Part shown: positions 12,448 through 23,040 of the stretch, piece after piece
Position numbering within the stretch: position 1 is the first letter of the stretch
Layout: every line of letters starts with the position of its first letter
NCBI GenBank assembly: GCA_038212905.1
Contig: JBBQUA010000003.1
Coordinates: 76-64,075, forward strand
DNA from: Hyphomicrobiales bacterium
Lineage (GTDB): Bacteria > Pseudomonadota > Alphaproteobacteria > Rhizobiales > Xanthobacteraceae
Reading direction: 5' to 3'
Length of the DNA: 64,000 nucleotides
The notes under the pieces: generated by a model
Database searches by the model: none
What the model was told of the DNA's origin: nothing
Seen by the model: the letters and a program-made list of their open reading frames with translations, nothing else
Program-made: the position numbers and the translations under genes

Positions 12448-13421
12448 AAGCGGTCGTAGTCGAGAACTACGATTCCATCGACAACATCCAGCTGAAAGAC
12501 GTGGCCATGCCGGATGTGTCGGCCGGTCAGGTTCGTGTCCGGATACAGGCTGCGAGCGTCGGCTTCGTCGATGGCCTGAAGCTGCAGGGCTTGTATCAAA
12601 CCAGGGATCCGCTGCCCTTTACGCCCGGAACGGAATTCGCCGGAATCGTCGATGCGGCGGCGGCCGATACCACGGGGTTTGCGCCGGGCACACCAGTGAT
12701 GGGCATGGCGCGATCGGGCGGGCTGGCGGAATATATCACGGTGCCGGCGGCGGCACTCGAGGCGATTCCTGTGGGAATCGCGCCCGAAGTCGCAGCCTCG
12801 TTCCGGGCCAACTACCTCACCTCGCTCTATGCGCTGAGCGAGCGCGCCGCGTTGCGCGTGGGCGAATATCTCCTGGTATTGGGCGCTGCCGGCGGCGTCG
12901 GAATTGCAGCGGTTCAACTCGGCAAGCTGCTGGGCGCCCGCGTCATCGCCGCGGCCTCGACCGAGGAAAAACGAAATTTTGCCGTTCGCTTCGGCGCCGA
13001 CGCGGCGGTGGATTACACGCAGACCGATTGGCGCGACAAGCTCAAGATGCTGACCGATGGCCATGGCGCCGACGTGATCTTCGATCCCGTTGGCGGCGAG
13101 GTCTCGCTGCAGGCGTTCCGTTCGATCGCCTGGAACGGACGTCATCTGGTGGTCGGCTTTGCCGCCGGCAGCATCCCTGCGCTGCCGTTCAATCTGCCGC
13201 TGCTGAAAGGCGGCGCGCTGCTGGGCGTCGACCTCGCCCAGATTCCCCGCCGCGAGCCGGAGGCGCACCGGCGCGTGATGGCGCAATTGTTGACCTGGCT
13301 CACGGAAAAGAAACTGGAGCCGGTGGTCGGTCAGGTCTTCGCATTCGATGATTTTCGCGACGCGTTCCGGGCCATGCAGAACCGCACCGCACTGGGCAAG
13401 ATGGTCGTCAGGATCGGCTAG
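12444..13421 (+). CDS. NADPH:quinone oxidoreductase family protein
   Basis: LPFTPGTEFAG, GAAGGVG, VVGFAAG; ATGA overlap with upstream gene. Confidence 0.88.
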   Translation: MKAVVVENYDSIDNIQLKDVAMPDVSAGQVRVRIQAASVGFVDGLKLQGLYQTRDPLPFTPGTEFAGIVDAAAADTTGFAPGTPVMGMARSGGLAEYITVPAAALEAIPVGIAPEVAASFRANYLTSLYALSERAALRVGEYLLVLGAAGGVGIAAVQLGKLLGARVIAAASTEEKRNFAVRFGADAAVDYTQTDWRDKLKMLTDGHGADVIFDPVGGEVSLQAFRSIAWNGRHLVVGFAAGSIPALPFNLPLLKGGALLGVDLAQIPRREPEAHRRVMAQLLTWLTEKKLEPVVGQVFAFDDFRDAFRAMQNRTALGKMVVRIG

Positions 13422-13428
13422 CAAAGGA

Positions 13429-14454
13429 TTAGCGAGCCGCCTCGAATCCGGCGAGGGCGGCGGTCAGATTGATGCCGAGAATATCCGACAGATATCCACC
13501 CTCCTGGACGAAGACAGTTGGAAGCCCCAACTGTGCAATGGCCGCACCGATGCGGCGGAATCCGCCGGTGGTCACGGCGAGACCCGCGAGAGGGTCATGT
13601 TCCGACGCGTCGAGACCAAGCGCCACGACCAGCGCACCCGGCGCAAAGGCACGGATGGTCTTCTCCGCCACGCCGAGCGCCTGCGCATAGCCGTCATCGC
13701 CGGTGCCGATCGGCAAGGGAATGTTGAGATTGGCGCCAAGCCCCTGCCCGGCGCCGCGCTCGTGGGCATAGCCCCAGACGTAAGGATAGTAGCAGGCTGG
13801 ATCGGCATGGATCGAAACCGTGAGAACGTCCGGTCGTTCGTAGAAAATGCCCTGCGTGCCGTTGCCGTGATGAACATCGACGTCGAGAATTGCCACGCGC
13901 TCATGCTTCAGGCGCAGATGGGCCGCCGCGACCGCGCTGTTGTTGAGAAAACAAAAGCCGCCGGCGAGATCGCGATAGGCGTGATGACCGGGAGGACGAC
14001 AGAGCGCGTAGGCCGCGTCCTCACCGTCCAGCACCAGTTGAGCTGCCGTCGTCGCCACATCCGTGGCCGCGCATGCCGCAGCCCAGGTGCCGGGGCCGAT
14101 CGGACAGGCGGTATCGGCGGTGTGCCAGCCGAGACGGCCGACAATGTGGCTCGGATAGGTCGCGGCATGCCGGACCGGATGAATGTTGGCGATCATCTCG
14201 GGACCTGAATCTCCGAGCGCCGTCCAGGCATCCCATGCCTCGGCCAGAAAACCGAGATATTCGGGACTATGCACCCTGGCTCGCGGCCCCTGCCCGAACA
14301 CCACAGGCTCGACCAGATCGTGCTGGCCTGCCTTGATCCCCGCCAGCAGCCGGTCGGCGCGTTCGGGTTGCTCGGTGGTCCGCTTGACGATGCCGCGGAC
14401 CAGGAAGAATTGCGGGTCGTGGCTTCGATGCAGCTCGGTATAGACGGTCTTCAC
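13429..14454 (-). CDS. Histone deacetylase family, acetylpolyamine amidohydrolase-like
   Basis: RPPGHHA, GFCFLNN, DVDVHHGNGTQ, QEGGY. Confidence 0.88.
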   Translation of the reverse strand: MKTVYTELHRSHDPQFFLVRGIVKRTTEQPERADRLLAGIKAGQHDLVEPVVFGQGPRARVHSPEYLGFLAEAWDAWTALGDSGPEMIANIHPVRHAATYPSHIVGRLGWHTADTACPIGPGTWAAACAATDVATTAAQLVLDGEDAAYALCRPPGHHAYRDLAGGFCFLNNSAVAAAHLRLKHERVAILDVDVHHGNGTQGIFYERPDVLTVSIHADPACYYPYVWGYAHERGAGQGLGANLNIPLPIGTGDDGYAQALGVAEKTIRAFAPGALVVALGLDASEHDPLAGLAVTTGGFRRIGAAIAQLGLPTVFVQEGGYLSDILGINLTAALAGFEAAR

Positions 14455-14524
14455 ACGATGCTCCTGCGTCTGAAACCAGAATCCCTGTGCGCCAGCGTCG
14501 CACTACATGGCTTCTGAGTCAGCC

Positions 14525-14558
14525 CCCAAGATCAAACCCAAGATCAAACCCAAGATCA
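14525..14558. repeat. 12-bp tandem repeat (CCCAAGATCAAA x2.8)
   Basis: Seen directly; the third copy contains the dadA stop codon. Confidence 0.85.
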
Positions 14559-15821
14559 GCCAAACCGATTGTCATATCTTGTGATGGCGAGTTCAGTCGC
14601 GTCAATATCGGGCTTGCGGCCTGACAGCAGATCCGCGAGCACGCGTCCCGAGCCGCACGCCATGGTCCAGCCGAGCGTGCCGTGACCGGTATTGAGATGG
14701 AGGTTGCCGAAGCGTGTCGCGCCGATCACAGGCGGGCCGTCTGGAGTCATCGGCCGCAACCCGCTCCAGAAGGTGGCATTGCCCAGATCGCCGCCGCGCG
14801 GGAACAGGTCGGTCAGCGATTGGTCGAGCGTCGCGCGTCGCGCCGGATGCAGCGTGTCGGAATAGCCTGACACTTCAGCGGTGCCGCCGACGCGAATGCG
14901 ATCACCGAGCCGCGTGATCGCCACCTTGTAGCTTTCGTCCATCACCGTCGACACCGGCGCCGCATCGGGATCGGCAATCGGCACCGTGATCGAGTAACCC
15001 TTGATCGGATAGACCGGGATCGAAATGCCGAGCGGCCGGAGCAGCCGCGGCGACCAGCTGCCGAGCGCCATCACATAGGCGTCGGCCCGTAACACGCCCG
15101 CGCTGGTCGTGACGCCGGTGATCCCCGAGCCATCGGCTATCAAGCCCTCGATCGTGGTCCCGAGACGCATGTGGACACCGAGCTTTTCGGCGTGAACGGC
15201 GAGCGCCTGGGTGAACATATGGCAGTCGCCGGTCTCGTCCTGCGGCAGCCGCAGGCCGCCGACGATTTTGGGCTTTGCGGCGGCAAGCCCAGGCTCCGCA
15301 CCGATACAGCCATCGCGATCGAGCAACTCGAACGGCACGCCGTACTGTTCCAGCACGGCGATATCGCTGGCCGTGCTGTCGAGTTGGGCCTGGGTACGGA
15401 ACAGCTGAAGCGTGCCCTGGCTGCGCTCGTCATACTTGATCGCGATCTCCGCGCGCAGCTCGCGCAGGCAATCGCGGCTGTATTCGGCGATCGGAATCAT
15501 GCGGCTCTTGTTGAGCGCATACCGCGCCGACGTGCAGTTGCGCAGCAGCTTGGCGAGCCACAGCCACATTGACGGATCGAGCTTGGGCCAGATCACCAGC
15601 GGACCATGCTTCATCAACAGCCACTTGATCGCCTTGACCGGCACGCCGGGGCCGGCCCAAGGCGACGCATAGCCGGGCGACACCTCGCCGGCATTTGCAA
15701 AACTGGTCTCGAGCCCGGGCTCCGCCTGGCGGTCGACCACGGCGACCTCGTGCCCGGCCTTGGCGAGATAGTAGGCGGTCGTCACACCGATCACGCCGCC
15801 GCCCAGAACCAGGACCTTCAC
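14556..15821 (-). CDS. dadA: D-amino acid dehydrogenase
   Basis: [49 protein letters not shown]. Confidence 0.92.
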   Translation of the reverse strand: MKVLVLGGGVIGVTTAYYLAKAGHEVAVVDRQAEPGLETSFANAGEVSPGYASPWAGPGVPVKAIKWLLMKHGPLVIWPKLDPSMWLWLAKLLRNCTSARYALNKSRMIPIAEYSRDCLRELRAEIAIKYDERSQGTLQLFRTQAQLDSTASDIAVLEQYGVPFELLDRDGCIGAEPGLAAAKPKIVGGLRLPQDETGDCHMFTQALAVHAEKLGVHMRLGTTIEGLIADGSGITGVTTSAGVLRADAYVMALGSWSPRLLRPLGISIPVYPIKGYSITVPIADPDAAPVSTVMDESYKVAITRLGDRIRVGGTAEVSGYSDTLHPARRATLDQSLTDLFPRGGDLGNATFWSGLRPMTPDGPPVIGATRFGNLHLNTGHGTLGWTMACGSGRVLADLLSGRKPDIDATELAITRYDNRFG

Positions 15822-15897
15822 GATCGTCTATGCTCCCGCCGCAGCCGCTGTTGCATCGTTAGGAAAATGTCCGCCGCGGTCGAGAGCTTTGCAAGCT

Positions 15898-17226
15898 TCA
15901 GGCCACACGCTTCAAGGCGTCACCGAGCATCGCCGTAATGTCGTCGATGTGGCTGCGCTCGACAATCAGCGGCGGCGACAGCGCCAGCGAATCGCCGGAG
16001 TTGCGAAGCACGAGGCCGCGGTTGAAGCAGTCGACCATGACGTCGTAACCGCGTGCGCCGACAGCATCCGGCCGCGAAGACAGCTCGACCCCCGCGACCA
16101 GGCCAATGGCCCTGATGTCGATCACGTTGGGCAGCCCGCGCAGCGAATGCATGGCATCCTGCCAGTAGTCGGTGAGCTCGGCGCCGCGCGTGAGCAGCCC
16201 CTCTTTCTGGTAGATCTCCAGCGTCGCCATGCCGGCCGCGCAGGCCACCGGGTGGGCCGAATAGGTATAGCCATGAAACAACTCGACCTGATTGCCCGGT
16301 CCGGTCATCAGCGCATCGTGAATCCCGCGGCTCGCAAACACCGCGCCCATCGGAACGACGCCGTTGGTGATCCCCTTGGCGGAGGTGATGAGATCGGGCG
16401 TGACGCCGAAATAATTGGTGGCAAAGGGCGCGCCAAGCCGGCCGAACCCGGTGATCACCTCGTCGAAGATCAGCAGGATGCCGTGCTTGTCGCACAGCGC
16501 ACGCAGGCGCTGCAGGTAACCCTGCGGCGGGATCAGCACACCGGTCGAGCCGGCGACCGGTTCGATGATGACGGCCGCGATGGTTTCAGCGCCGTGCAGC
16601 GCGACCAGACGCTCGACATCGTCGGCAAGTTCCGCGCCGTGCGCGGGCAGGCCGCTGGAGAAGGCGTTGCGGTCGAGGTCGTGGGTATGGCGCAGATGAT
16701 CGACACCCGGGAGATGCGTTGCGAAGGCCCTGCGGTTGTTGACCATGCCGCCGACCGACATGCCGCCGAAACCGACGCCATGGTAGCCGCGCTCGCGGCC
16801 GATGAAACGGGTACGCGTCGCCTGACCGGCCGCGCGATGATAGGCCAGCGCGATCTTGAGCGCGGTATCGACCGACTCGGAGCCGGAATTGGTGAAGAAA
16901 ATCCGGTCCAACCCGGCGGGCGCGACCGCTGCCAGCTTCTCGGCAAAATCGAACGCCAGCGGATGCCCAATCTGGAATGACGGCGCATAGTCCAGCGTTG
17001 TGAGTTGGCGATGAACCGCATCCGCGATCTCGCGCCGGCCGTGACCGGCGTTGACGCACCACAATCCCGCCGACGCGTCGATCAACTTGCGGCCATCCAC
17101 TGAGGTGTAGTGCATGCCTTCGGCCGAGGCGATCAGGCGGGGCTCTGCCTTGAACTGCCGGTTTGCGGTGAACGGCATCCAGAATGCGTCGAGGCTTGCG
17201 GTGTTTGGGATCTGATGAATGGTCAC
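15898..17226 (-). CDS. Class III omega-amino acid:pyruvate aminotransferase
   Basis: FWMPFTANRQF, GLWCVNAGH, FDEVITGFGRLG, SAKG; GTG start after GGGAG. Confidence 0.9.
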   Translation of the reverse strand: MTIHQIPNTASLDAFWMPFTANRQFKAEPRLIASAEGMHYTSVDGRKLIDASAGLWCVNAGHGRREIADAVHRQLTTLDYAPSFQIGHPLAFDFAEKLAAVAPAGLDRIFFTNSGSESVDTALKIALAYHRAAGQATRTRFIGRERGYHGVGFGGMSVGGMVNNRRAFATHLPGVDHLRHTHDLDRNAFSSGLPAHGAELADDVERLVALHGAETIAAVIIEPVAGSTGVLIPPQGYLQRLRALCDKHGILLIFDEVITGFGRLGAPFATNYFGVTPDLITSAKGITNGVVPMGAVFASRGIHDALMTGPGNQVELFHGYTYSAHPVACAAGMATLEIYQKEGLLTRGAELTDYWQDAMHSLRGLPNVIDIRAIGLVAGVELSSRPDAVGARGYDVMVDCFNRGLVLRNSGDSLALSPPLIVERSHIDDITAMLGDALKRVA

Positions 17227-17388
17227 GGGCGACTCCCTCTGCGGCTGGCCGTATCGGGACATGTTCATGAAAATGCAGCAAGGCCTTTTCTTCTATCTCC
17301 CAAGCCATTGATTTCATTATATTCAAAAGATACTATTTGACCGATCCACAACACCATCAACAGCCACACCACAACCCTTGGGGCGACG

Positions 17389-17937
17389 ATGAGCATTGAT
17401 GTCGGCGAACGGCTCCGTTTCGTCCGTAGCCGCAATAAATTATCACAGCGAGAACTGGCCAAACGTTCTGGGGTAACCAATTCAACGATCTCGCTGATCG
17501 AATCCAACCAGATGAATCCGTCGGTCGGCGCGCTCAAGCGGATTCTCGATGGCATCCCGATGGGAATGGCGGAGTTCTTCGCGCTGGAACCCGACCGGCC
17601 ACGCAAGGCGTTTTACCGTTCCGACGAGTTGAGCGAGATCGGCAAAGGGCAGATCTCCTTTCGTCAGGTCGGCGACAACCTGTTCGGCCGCGCCCTCCAG
17701 ATCCTGAAGGAGCGCTACGAACCGGGCGGCGACACCGGGCGTATCCCACTGGTTCACGATGGCGAGGAAGGCGGCATCATTCTCAGCGGCCGGCTTGAGG
17801 TGACCGTGGACAGCGAACGCCGCATCCTCGGGCCCGGCGACGCCTATTATTTCGAGAGCCGCCGGCCGCACCGCTTCCGCTGCGTCGGCGCCAAGCCCTG
17901 CGAAGTCATCAGCGCCTGCACGCCGCCGACGTTCTGA
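17389..17937 (+). CDS. XRE-HTH/cupin transcriptional regulator (PuuR-like)
   Basis: LSQRELAKRSGVTNSTISLIE HTH plus cupin domain; divergent from the aminotransferase. Confidence 0.88.
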   Translation: MSIDVGERLRFVRSRNKLSQRELAKRSGVTNSTISLIESNQMNPSVGALKRILDGIPMGMAEFFALEPDRPRKAFYRSDELSEIGKGQISFRQVGDNLFGRALQILKERYEPGGDTGRIPLVHDGEEGGIILSGRLEVTVDSERRILGPGDAYYFESRRPHRFRCVGAKPCEVISACTPPTF

Positions 17938-18007
17938 GCGCAAAAAGGACAAATTGCGACGCAAAGATGCAGAGTTGCTGTTTGAGATTGAATCAAAATT
18001 CTCACAA

Positions 18008-18089
18008 CGTCATTGCGAGGAGCTCTTGCGACGAAGCAATCCAGCTTGTCGTAGCGAAGCTGGATTGCTTCGCTGCGCTCGCAATGACG
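18008..18089. repeat. Palindromic intergenic repeat (GTCATTGCGAG...CTCGCAATGAC family)
   Basis: Terminal IR CGTCATTGCGAG/CTCGCAATGACG and inner IR CGAAGCAATCCAGC/GCTGGATTGCTTCG. Confidence 0.85.
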
Positions 18090-18110
18090 TTGATAGAGCG
18101 CCGCAAACAA

Positions 18111-19298
18111 TCAGGCGTAAAGCCCCGCAACAATCGGCATTCGCGCCGCACGGATTGCCGGAAACAATCCGCCGACCAATCCGACGGCCAGCGCCAGCGC
18201 GACGCCCTCGGCGATCAGCCATCCCGAGAGCTTGAAGTCGAATACCACCTGCGTGAAGTTTCCACCCAGCGTCGAAGCCGTGACGCCATCGAAGATCAGA
18301 TAGGTCGCCGCGGCGCCGAGCAGCCCGCCGATCGCAGCCAGCGACAGGGATTCCGCCAGCGTTCCGACAAAGGCCGGAAAGCCGCCGAAACCGATCGCGC
18401 GCAGCGTCGCGATCTCGGTCGCGCGGGCCGCCACGGACGAATACATGGTGTTCAGGGCGCCGGCGAGCGCGCCGAGTGCCATCGCGATCGCCAGTGGCCA
18501 GCCCAGCTTCTGGATCAGGTCGGAGGTCTGCGACGCCTGTTCGGAAAAATAAGCGGCTTCCGATTTGACGTCGAGCTTCAGGCGCGGATCGTTGTCGTTG
18601 TAGCTCTTGAGCTCGCTCAGTGCCGCCGGTGTGGTGAGACGCGCGCGGACGGTCTGCACGATGTTGTTGCGCTTGAACAGGCTCTGCACCACCGGCAGGT
18701 CCGCCCAGATCTCGGATTCGAACACGCTGCCGCCGGCGTCGAACACGCCGACCACGGTCCAGCGCGTGGCGCCGAAGGCGACGGTACTGCCGAGGTCGAA
18801 CCCTTCGAATTCCTTCTGCAGCGCCTTGCCGACCACGATCTCGTTGCTGCCGCGGCCGAACATCCGGCCGGAAGCGATGGCGACGCCCTTGCGCAGCGTC
18901 GCGCCCTGCTCACCGATCCCGCGCAGCGGCAGGTTGGCTTTTGTCTTCGTGGAACGCTTGAGGCCGTCGACGACGAGATACAGCTCGGGTGAGATCAGCG
19001 GCTTGCCGTCACTGCCGCGCGCGATCCCGGGCCCGTCTTCGATCAGGCGCACCTGATCGCGGCTCACCGTGCTGTTGATTTCAGCCTGCGAGCCCGCCCG
19101 AAGCACGATGGCAATGTCATCGGCGCCCGCGCCGGCAATGGTGCGCTGGAACCCGTTGGCCATCGCGAGGAATGCCAGCAGCACGATCACCACCAGCGCG
19201 ACCGCGATCACGGTCGACAGCGACAGCCAGCGTCGCTGCCCCATGCTCCTGAGATTGATCGAGGTGACCGCCATGACCTGCAGAAAACGCGAACGCAT
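18111..19298 (-). CDS. ABC transporter permease (MacB/FtsX-like)
   Basis: TM - periplasmic - TM layout; RATEIATLRAIGF. Confidence 0.88.
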   Translation of the reverse strand: MRSRFLQVMAVTSINLRSMGQRRWLSLSTVIAVALVVIVLLAFLAMANGFQRTIAGAGADDIAIVLRAGSQAEINSTVSRDQVRLIEDGPGIARGSDGKPLISPELYLVVDGLKRSTKTKANLPLRGIGEQGATLRKGVAIASGRMFGRGSNEIVVGKALQKEFEGFDLGSTVAFGATRWTVVGVFDAGGSVFESEIWADLPVVQSLFKRNNIVQTVRARLTTPAALSELKSYNDNDPRLKLDVKSEAAYFSEQASQTSDLIQKLGWPLAIAMALGALAGALNTMYSSVAARATEIATLRAIGFGGFPAFVGTLAESLSLAAIGGLLGAAATYLIFDGVTASTLGGNFTQVVFDFKLSGWLIAEGVALALAVGLVGGLFPAIRAARMPIVAGLYA

Positions 19299-19300
19299 GA

Positions 19301-20461
19301 TTATCCCCGTCCGAGCGCGGTTGCGATTTTGAGCCGCATGGCATTGAGCGCGGGAATGATCCCCGTAATCAGGCCGAGCGCGATCATCAGTGCTATTCCC
19401 TGCAGCGCGATCATTGGCGACACCGCAAAGGCCGGCGCGATACTGGACAGGCTGCTGCGCAAGGCCAGCGTGATCAGCGCCGCGATCGCCAGCCCCGGCA
19501 AACCGCCGAGCAGAGCCAGCAGCACCGATTCACCCAGCACCATGCGCAGAATTCGTCCGCCCGAAAATCCGAGCGTCTTCAGCACGCCGATCTCCCTTGT
19601 GCGTTCCCGGATCGACAGCGCCATGGTGTTGCCGACGATCATCAGGATGGTGACGAAGGCGGCGCCGACCACCAGGAACACGATCAGGGCGATATTGCCG
19701 AACTGCGCCGCGAATGCCTTGCCGAAGGCTTTTTCGGTGTCGGTCGAGGTCTCCGCGGTGGAATTGGCGAACATCGCGTCGATGGCTTTTGCGACGCGAT
19801 CGTTATTCTCGGGCGAATTGGTCTGGAGAATCATCCAGCCGATGGTGTCCTTGCCGAACGAGCGGGTTTCGTCGAAATAGGCATACTGAAACAGCATGAA
19901 GTTGGTGTTGACCTGCTCTGCCTTGCCCTTGACGATGCCGGCGATGGTGAAGTCCCAGGTATGCCCGCCTCTGCGCTGGGTGAAGATGTTGCTCGCAACC
20001 GGCACACGATCACCGACCTTCCAGCCCCATTTTTTCGCCAGCGATTCACCGATCACCGCGCTGCCGCGGTCGCGGACGAAGGCCTGCAACTGCTCGGGCG
20101 GAATATCGAAGTCGCTGCGATAGATATCGAAATAGGTGATCGGCTCGATGGCCAGTGACATCACGAAATTCTTCGGATCCTGATAGTAGCCGCCAAACCA
20201 GTTGGCGTGGGTCACCTGCCGCACCCCGTCCAGCGCGCGCACACGATTGAAATAGGCAATCGGCATCGGCTGGGTGAAGTTGATCTTGTTGACGGTGATG
20301 AGACGATCGGCGGCGGCGCGATCCTCGCCGGCCGTGAAGGCGCGGTAAAATCCGGCGAGCACGCCGAAAATCACGAACGCGATCAGGATCGATACGATCA
20401 TCAAGACAGCGCGCAGCTTGCGTCGGAACAGGTTCTTCCGTACCAGGTCGAAGTCGTTCAC
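19301..20461 (-). CDS. ABC transporter permease (MacB/FtsX-like)
   Basis: RERTREIGVLKTLGF. Confidence 0.88.
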   Translation of the reverse strand: MNDFDLVRKNLFRRKLRAVLMIVSILIAFVIFGVLAGFYRAFTAGEDRAAADRLITVNKINFTQPMPIAYFNRVRALDGVRQVTHANWFGGYYQDPKNFVMSLAIEPITYFDIYRSDFDIPPEQLQAFVRDRGSAVIGESLAKKWGWKVGDRVPVASNIFTQRRGGHTWDFTIAGIVKGKAEQVNTNFMLFQYAYFDETRSFGKDTIGWMILQTNSPENNDRVAKAIDAMFANSTAETSTDTEKAFGKAFAAQFGNIALIVFLVVGAAFVTILMIVGNTMALSIRERTREIGVLKTLGFSGGRILRMVLGESVLLALLGGLPGLAIAALITLALRSSLSSIAPAFAVSPMIALQGIALMIALGLITGIIPALNAMRLKIATALGRG

Positions 20462-21156
20462 GCCGCGAGCTCCCGTTCGACGAACTGCCCCTTGTCGAGA
20501 TGCAATGTCCGCTGCGCATAGCGCGCCGCCGCGGGATCGTGCGTAACCATCATGATGGTCTTGCCGAGATCCTTGTTGAGCAGTTGGAGGATTGTGAGAA
20601 TCTCGTCGGCGGAGGCACGGTCGAGGTCGCCGGTCGGCTCGTCGCAGAGCAGCAGGTTCGGATCCGACACGATGGCGCGGGCGATGGCGACGCGCTGCTG
20701 CTGGCCACCTGACATTTCACGCGGATGGTGCTTGACGCGATCGGCGAGGCCGACCACCGACAGCGCGGTGAGGACGCGCTCCGCCCGCTCCTTCTTGCGC
20801 AAATTCGTCAGCAGCAGCGGAAGTTCGACATTTTGCGCGGCTGTCAGCATCGGCATCAGATTGTAGAACTGGAAGATGAAGCCGATGTTGGCCGCGCGCC
20901 AGCTCGCCAACTGGCCTTCGGACATGCCGTCGATGCGGCTGTCCGCGATGCGGACCTCACCCCCATCGGCGCTGTCGATTCCGCCGAGCAGGTTGAGCAG
21001 AGTGGTCTTGCCCGAGCCGGACGGTCCCATCACCGCGACGAAATCGCCGCGCGGAATGACGAGGTCGAGATGATCGAAGATCGTGATCGTTTCCTTGCCC
21101 TTGACGAAGCGCTTGTTTACGCCGACGAGAGCAACCATCGGATTTTCTGACGCCAC
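20458..21156 (-). CDS. ABC transporter ATP-binding protein (LolD/MacB type)
   Basis: GPSGSGKT, MSGGQQQR, DEPTGDLD. Confidence 0.92.
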   Translation of the reverse strand: MASENPMVALVGVNKRFVKGKETITIFDHLDLVIPRGDFVAVMGPSGSGKTTLLNLLGGIDSADGGEVRIADSRIDGMSEGQLASWRAANIGFIFQFYNLMPMLTAAQNVELPLLLTNLRKKERAERVLTALSVVGLADRVKHHPREMSGGQQQRVAIARAIVSDPNLLLCDEPTGDLDRASADEILTILQLLNKDLGKTIMMVTHDPAAARYAQRTLHLDKGQFVERELAA

Positions 21157-21183
21157 TTTTTTCTCCCTGGAGTCCGATTGAAT

Positions 21184-22257
21184 TCAGTTGGCGGAAGCGG
21201 TCGCATTCGCTGGCAGTCCACCGGCATTGGCTTCTCGCGCGAACGTCACTTTCACCGCCATATCGGGCAGTATGCGCCGGTCCTTCTGTTCGAACCGGAT
21301 ACGAACCTTGACGGTCGCCTTCTCGCGATTGGCGGTCGGCACGATGGCGATCACGGACGCCGGTATCGACCAATCCGGATAGGCATCGAGCACGGCGTTG
21401 ACCTTGCCGCCCGCAACGACGCGTCCGATAAACGCCTCATTGACGTCCACTTCGACCTCGATCGAATCCATATCCACGATGGTGCAGATGCCGGTCCGCG
21501 TAAAACCGCCGACCGACATCGGCGAGATCATTTCTCCGGGTTGCGCGCTGCGATCGATCACGACGCCGCTGAAGGGTGCGCGAATTGTGTATTTTTCGAG
21601 TACCGAGGCGCTGCGCTCGGCATCGAGGCGCGCGGTGTCACGCACCGACTGGGACTGGCGCAGTTGCGCGGTCAGCACGCCGACGCGCGCCTGGGCCTTG
21701 GTCAGTTCGGCTTCGGTCGCGAAATTCTTCTGCGCAAGCGTCTGCACCCGCGAGTGAATCCGGGTGGCATCCTGCAGGTCGGCGGCGATTGCGCCGATCG
21801 CGGCATCGGCGCCTTCGACGCGTGATTTCGCCAGCGCCAGATCCGATTCGGCGAGCACGCTGTCGAGCCGCGCCACCACCTGCCCCTCGGTAACCGTCAT
21901 GCCCTCCTCAATCAGCACTTCCATCACCTTGCCGGTGATCTCGGCGGCAACGGTCGCCTTGCGGCGCGCAACCACGTAGCCGGATGCGGCAAGCGCGCCG
22001 GTGTCCTGCCCGGCCATGCTTTGCTGCGCCGGTTGTGGAGCAGCAGCCACCGGCGACTGCGCGACAGCTGGTTCGGCGCTGCGCAGGCCGCGAAATTCGG
22101 GCAGGCCAAACACGACAACCGCCGCCGCTGCAATGACGACAAAACCTGCGACCGCCGCCAGCAGCCAACGCGACCCGCCGCCCGGTACGGGCGCCGCCGC
22201 GCTCGCGCTGCGGTCGATCGCAAGCGATCTCAGCAGTTTGGTTTTATCTTCCGTCAT
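21184..22257 (-). CDS. Efflux periplasmic adaptor (membrane fusion protein)
   Basis: N-terminal TM; ASGYVVARR; IRAPFSGVV; ILPDMAV. Confidence 0.88.
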   Translation of the reverse strand: MTEDKTKLLRSLAIDRSASAAAPVPGGGSRWLLAAVAGFVVIAAAAVVVFGLPEFRGLRSAEPAVAQSPVAAAPQPAQQSMAGQDTGALAASGYVVARRKATVAAEITGKVMEVLIEEGMTVTEGQVVARLDSVLAESDLALAKSRVEGADAAIGAIAADLQDATRIHSRVQTLAQKNFATEAELTKAQARVGVLTAQLRQSQSVRDTARLDAERSASVLEKYTIRAPFSGVVIDRSAQPGEMISPMSVGGFTRTGICTIVDMDSIEVEVDVNEAFIGRVVAGGKVNAVLDAYPDWSIPASVIAIVPTANREKATVKVRIRFEQKDRRILPDMAVKVTFAREANAGGLPANATASAN

Positions 22258-22618
22258 TGCTTCGATGATCCCGGCGGCTCGGAACGCTGGCCCTGACGGG
22301 CGCTGCGTGATGGCTGGTCCCGCTCGCTCACGATATCCTTTACACAAGTCGCCGGGGTGTCGCGCCACTCTTTCAAGACGATCGTGCTCCGGGTGATCCG
22401 ACACACGGGGTCATGAAAATCGAGCTCGGCGCTCCGCGGTTCTGCTTGTCCCAAGAGAACTTCTGCAGGGAGTTTCCGGCCTAATAGGGGCAGAAGCGGT
22501 TGGCTCCTCCGTCCGGCCGTCAGGGAGCATCGGGGCGACACACTATACCCAGATACCTTTCTCTCGCATATTGGTCAATATGCGGAGCAATCAGGTGGTC
22601 ATTCGCCGCTGGATTGCC

Positions 22619-23040
22619 TCAAATCGGATAATGCTGCGGCCCAGTCTCGATCGTGATCCATCGCAGCTCGGTGAATTCCGCAATTCCGGCCTTGCCACCG
22701 AAGCGCCCATAGCCGGATGCCTTGACGCCGCCGAACGGCATCTGCGCCTCGTCATGCACGGTCGGTCCGTTGACGTGGCAGATGCCGGACTCGATCCGTT
22801 TTGCCACTTCGAGCGCACGGGCGATGTCGCGGCCGAACACCGAGGCCGACAGGCCGTATTCGGTATCGTTAGCAACCCGCACCGCCTCATCGACGCCGTT
22901 GACGCGGACGATGGAGACCACGGGGCCGAACGATTCTTCGTTATAAATCCGCATGGTCGAGGTGACGTGATCGACCACCGTCGCCGACATCAGCGTCCCG
23001 TCGACCTTGCCGCCGGCGACAACGCGCGCGCCCTTCCCGA
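22619..23040 (-). pseudogene. 3' fragment of an aromatic aldehyde dehydrogenase (vanillin DH-like)
   Basis: KGARVVAGG...EESFGP...ANDTEYGL...PFGGVKASGYGRFGG; only about 140 C-terminal codons present. Confidence 0.85.
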
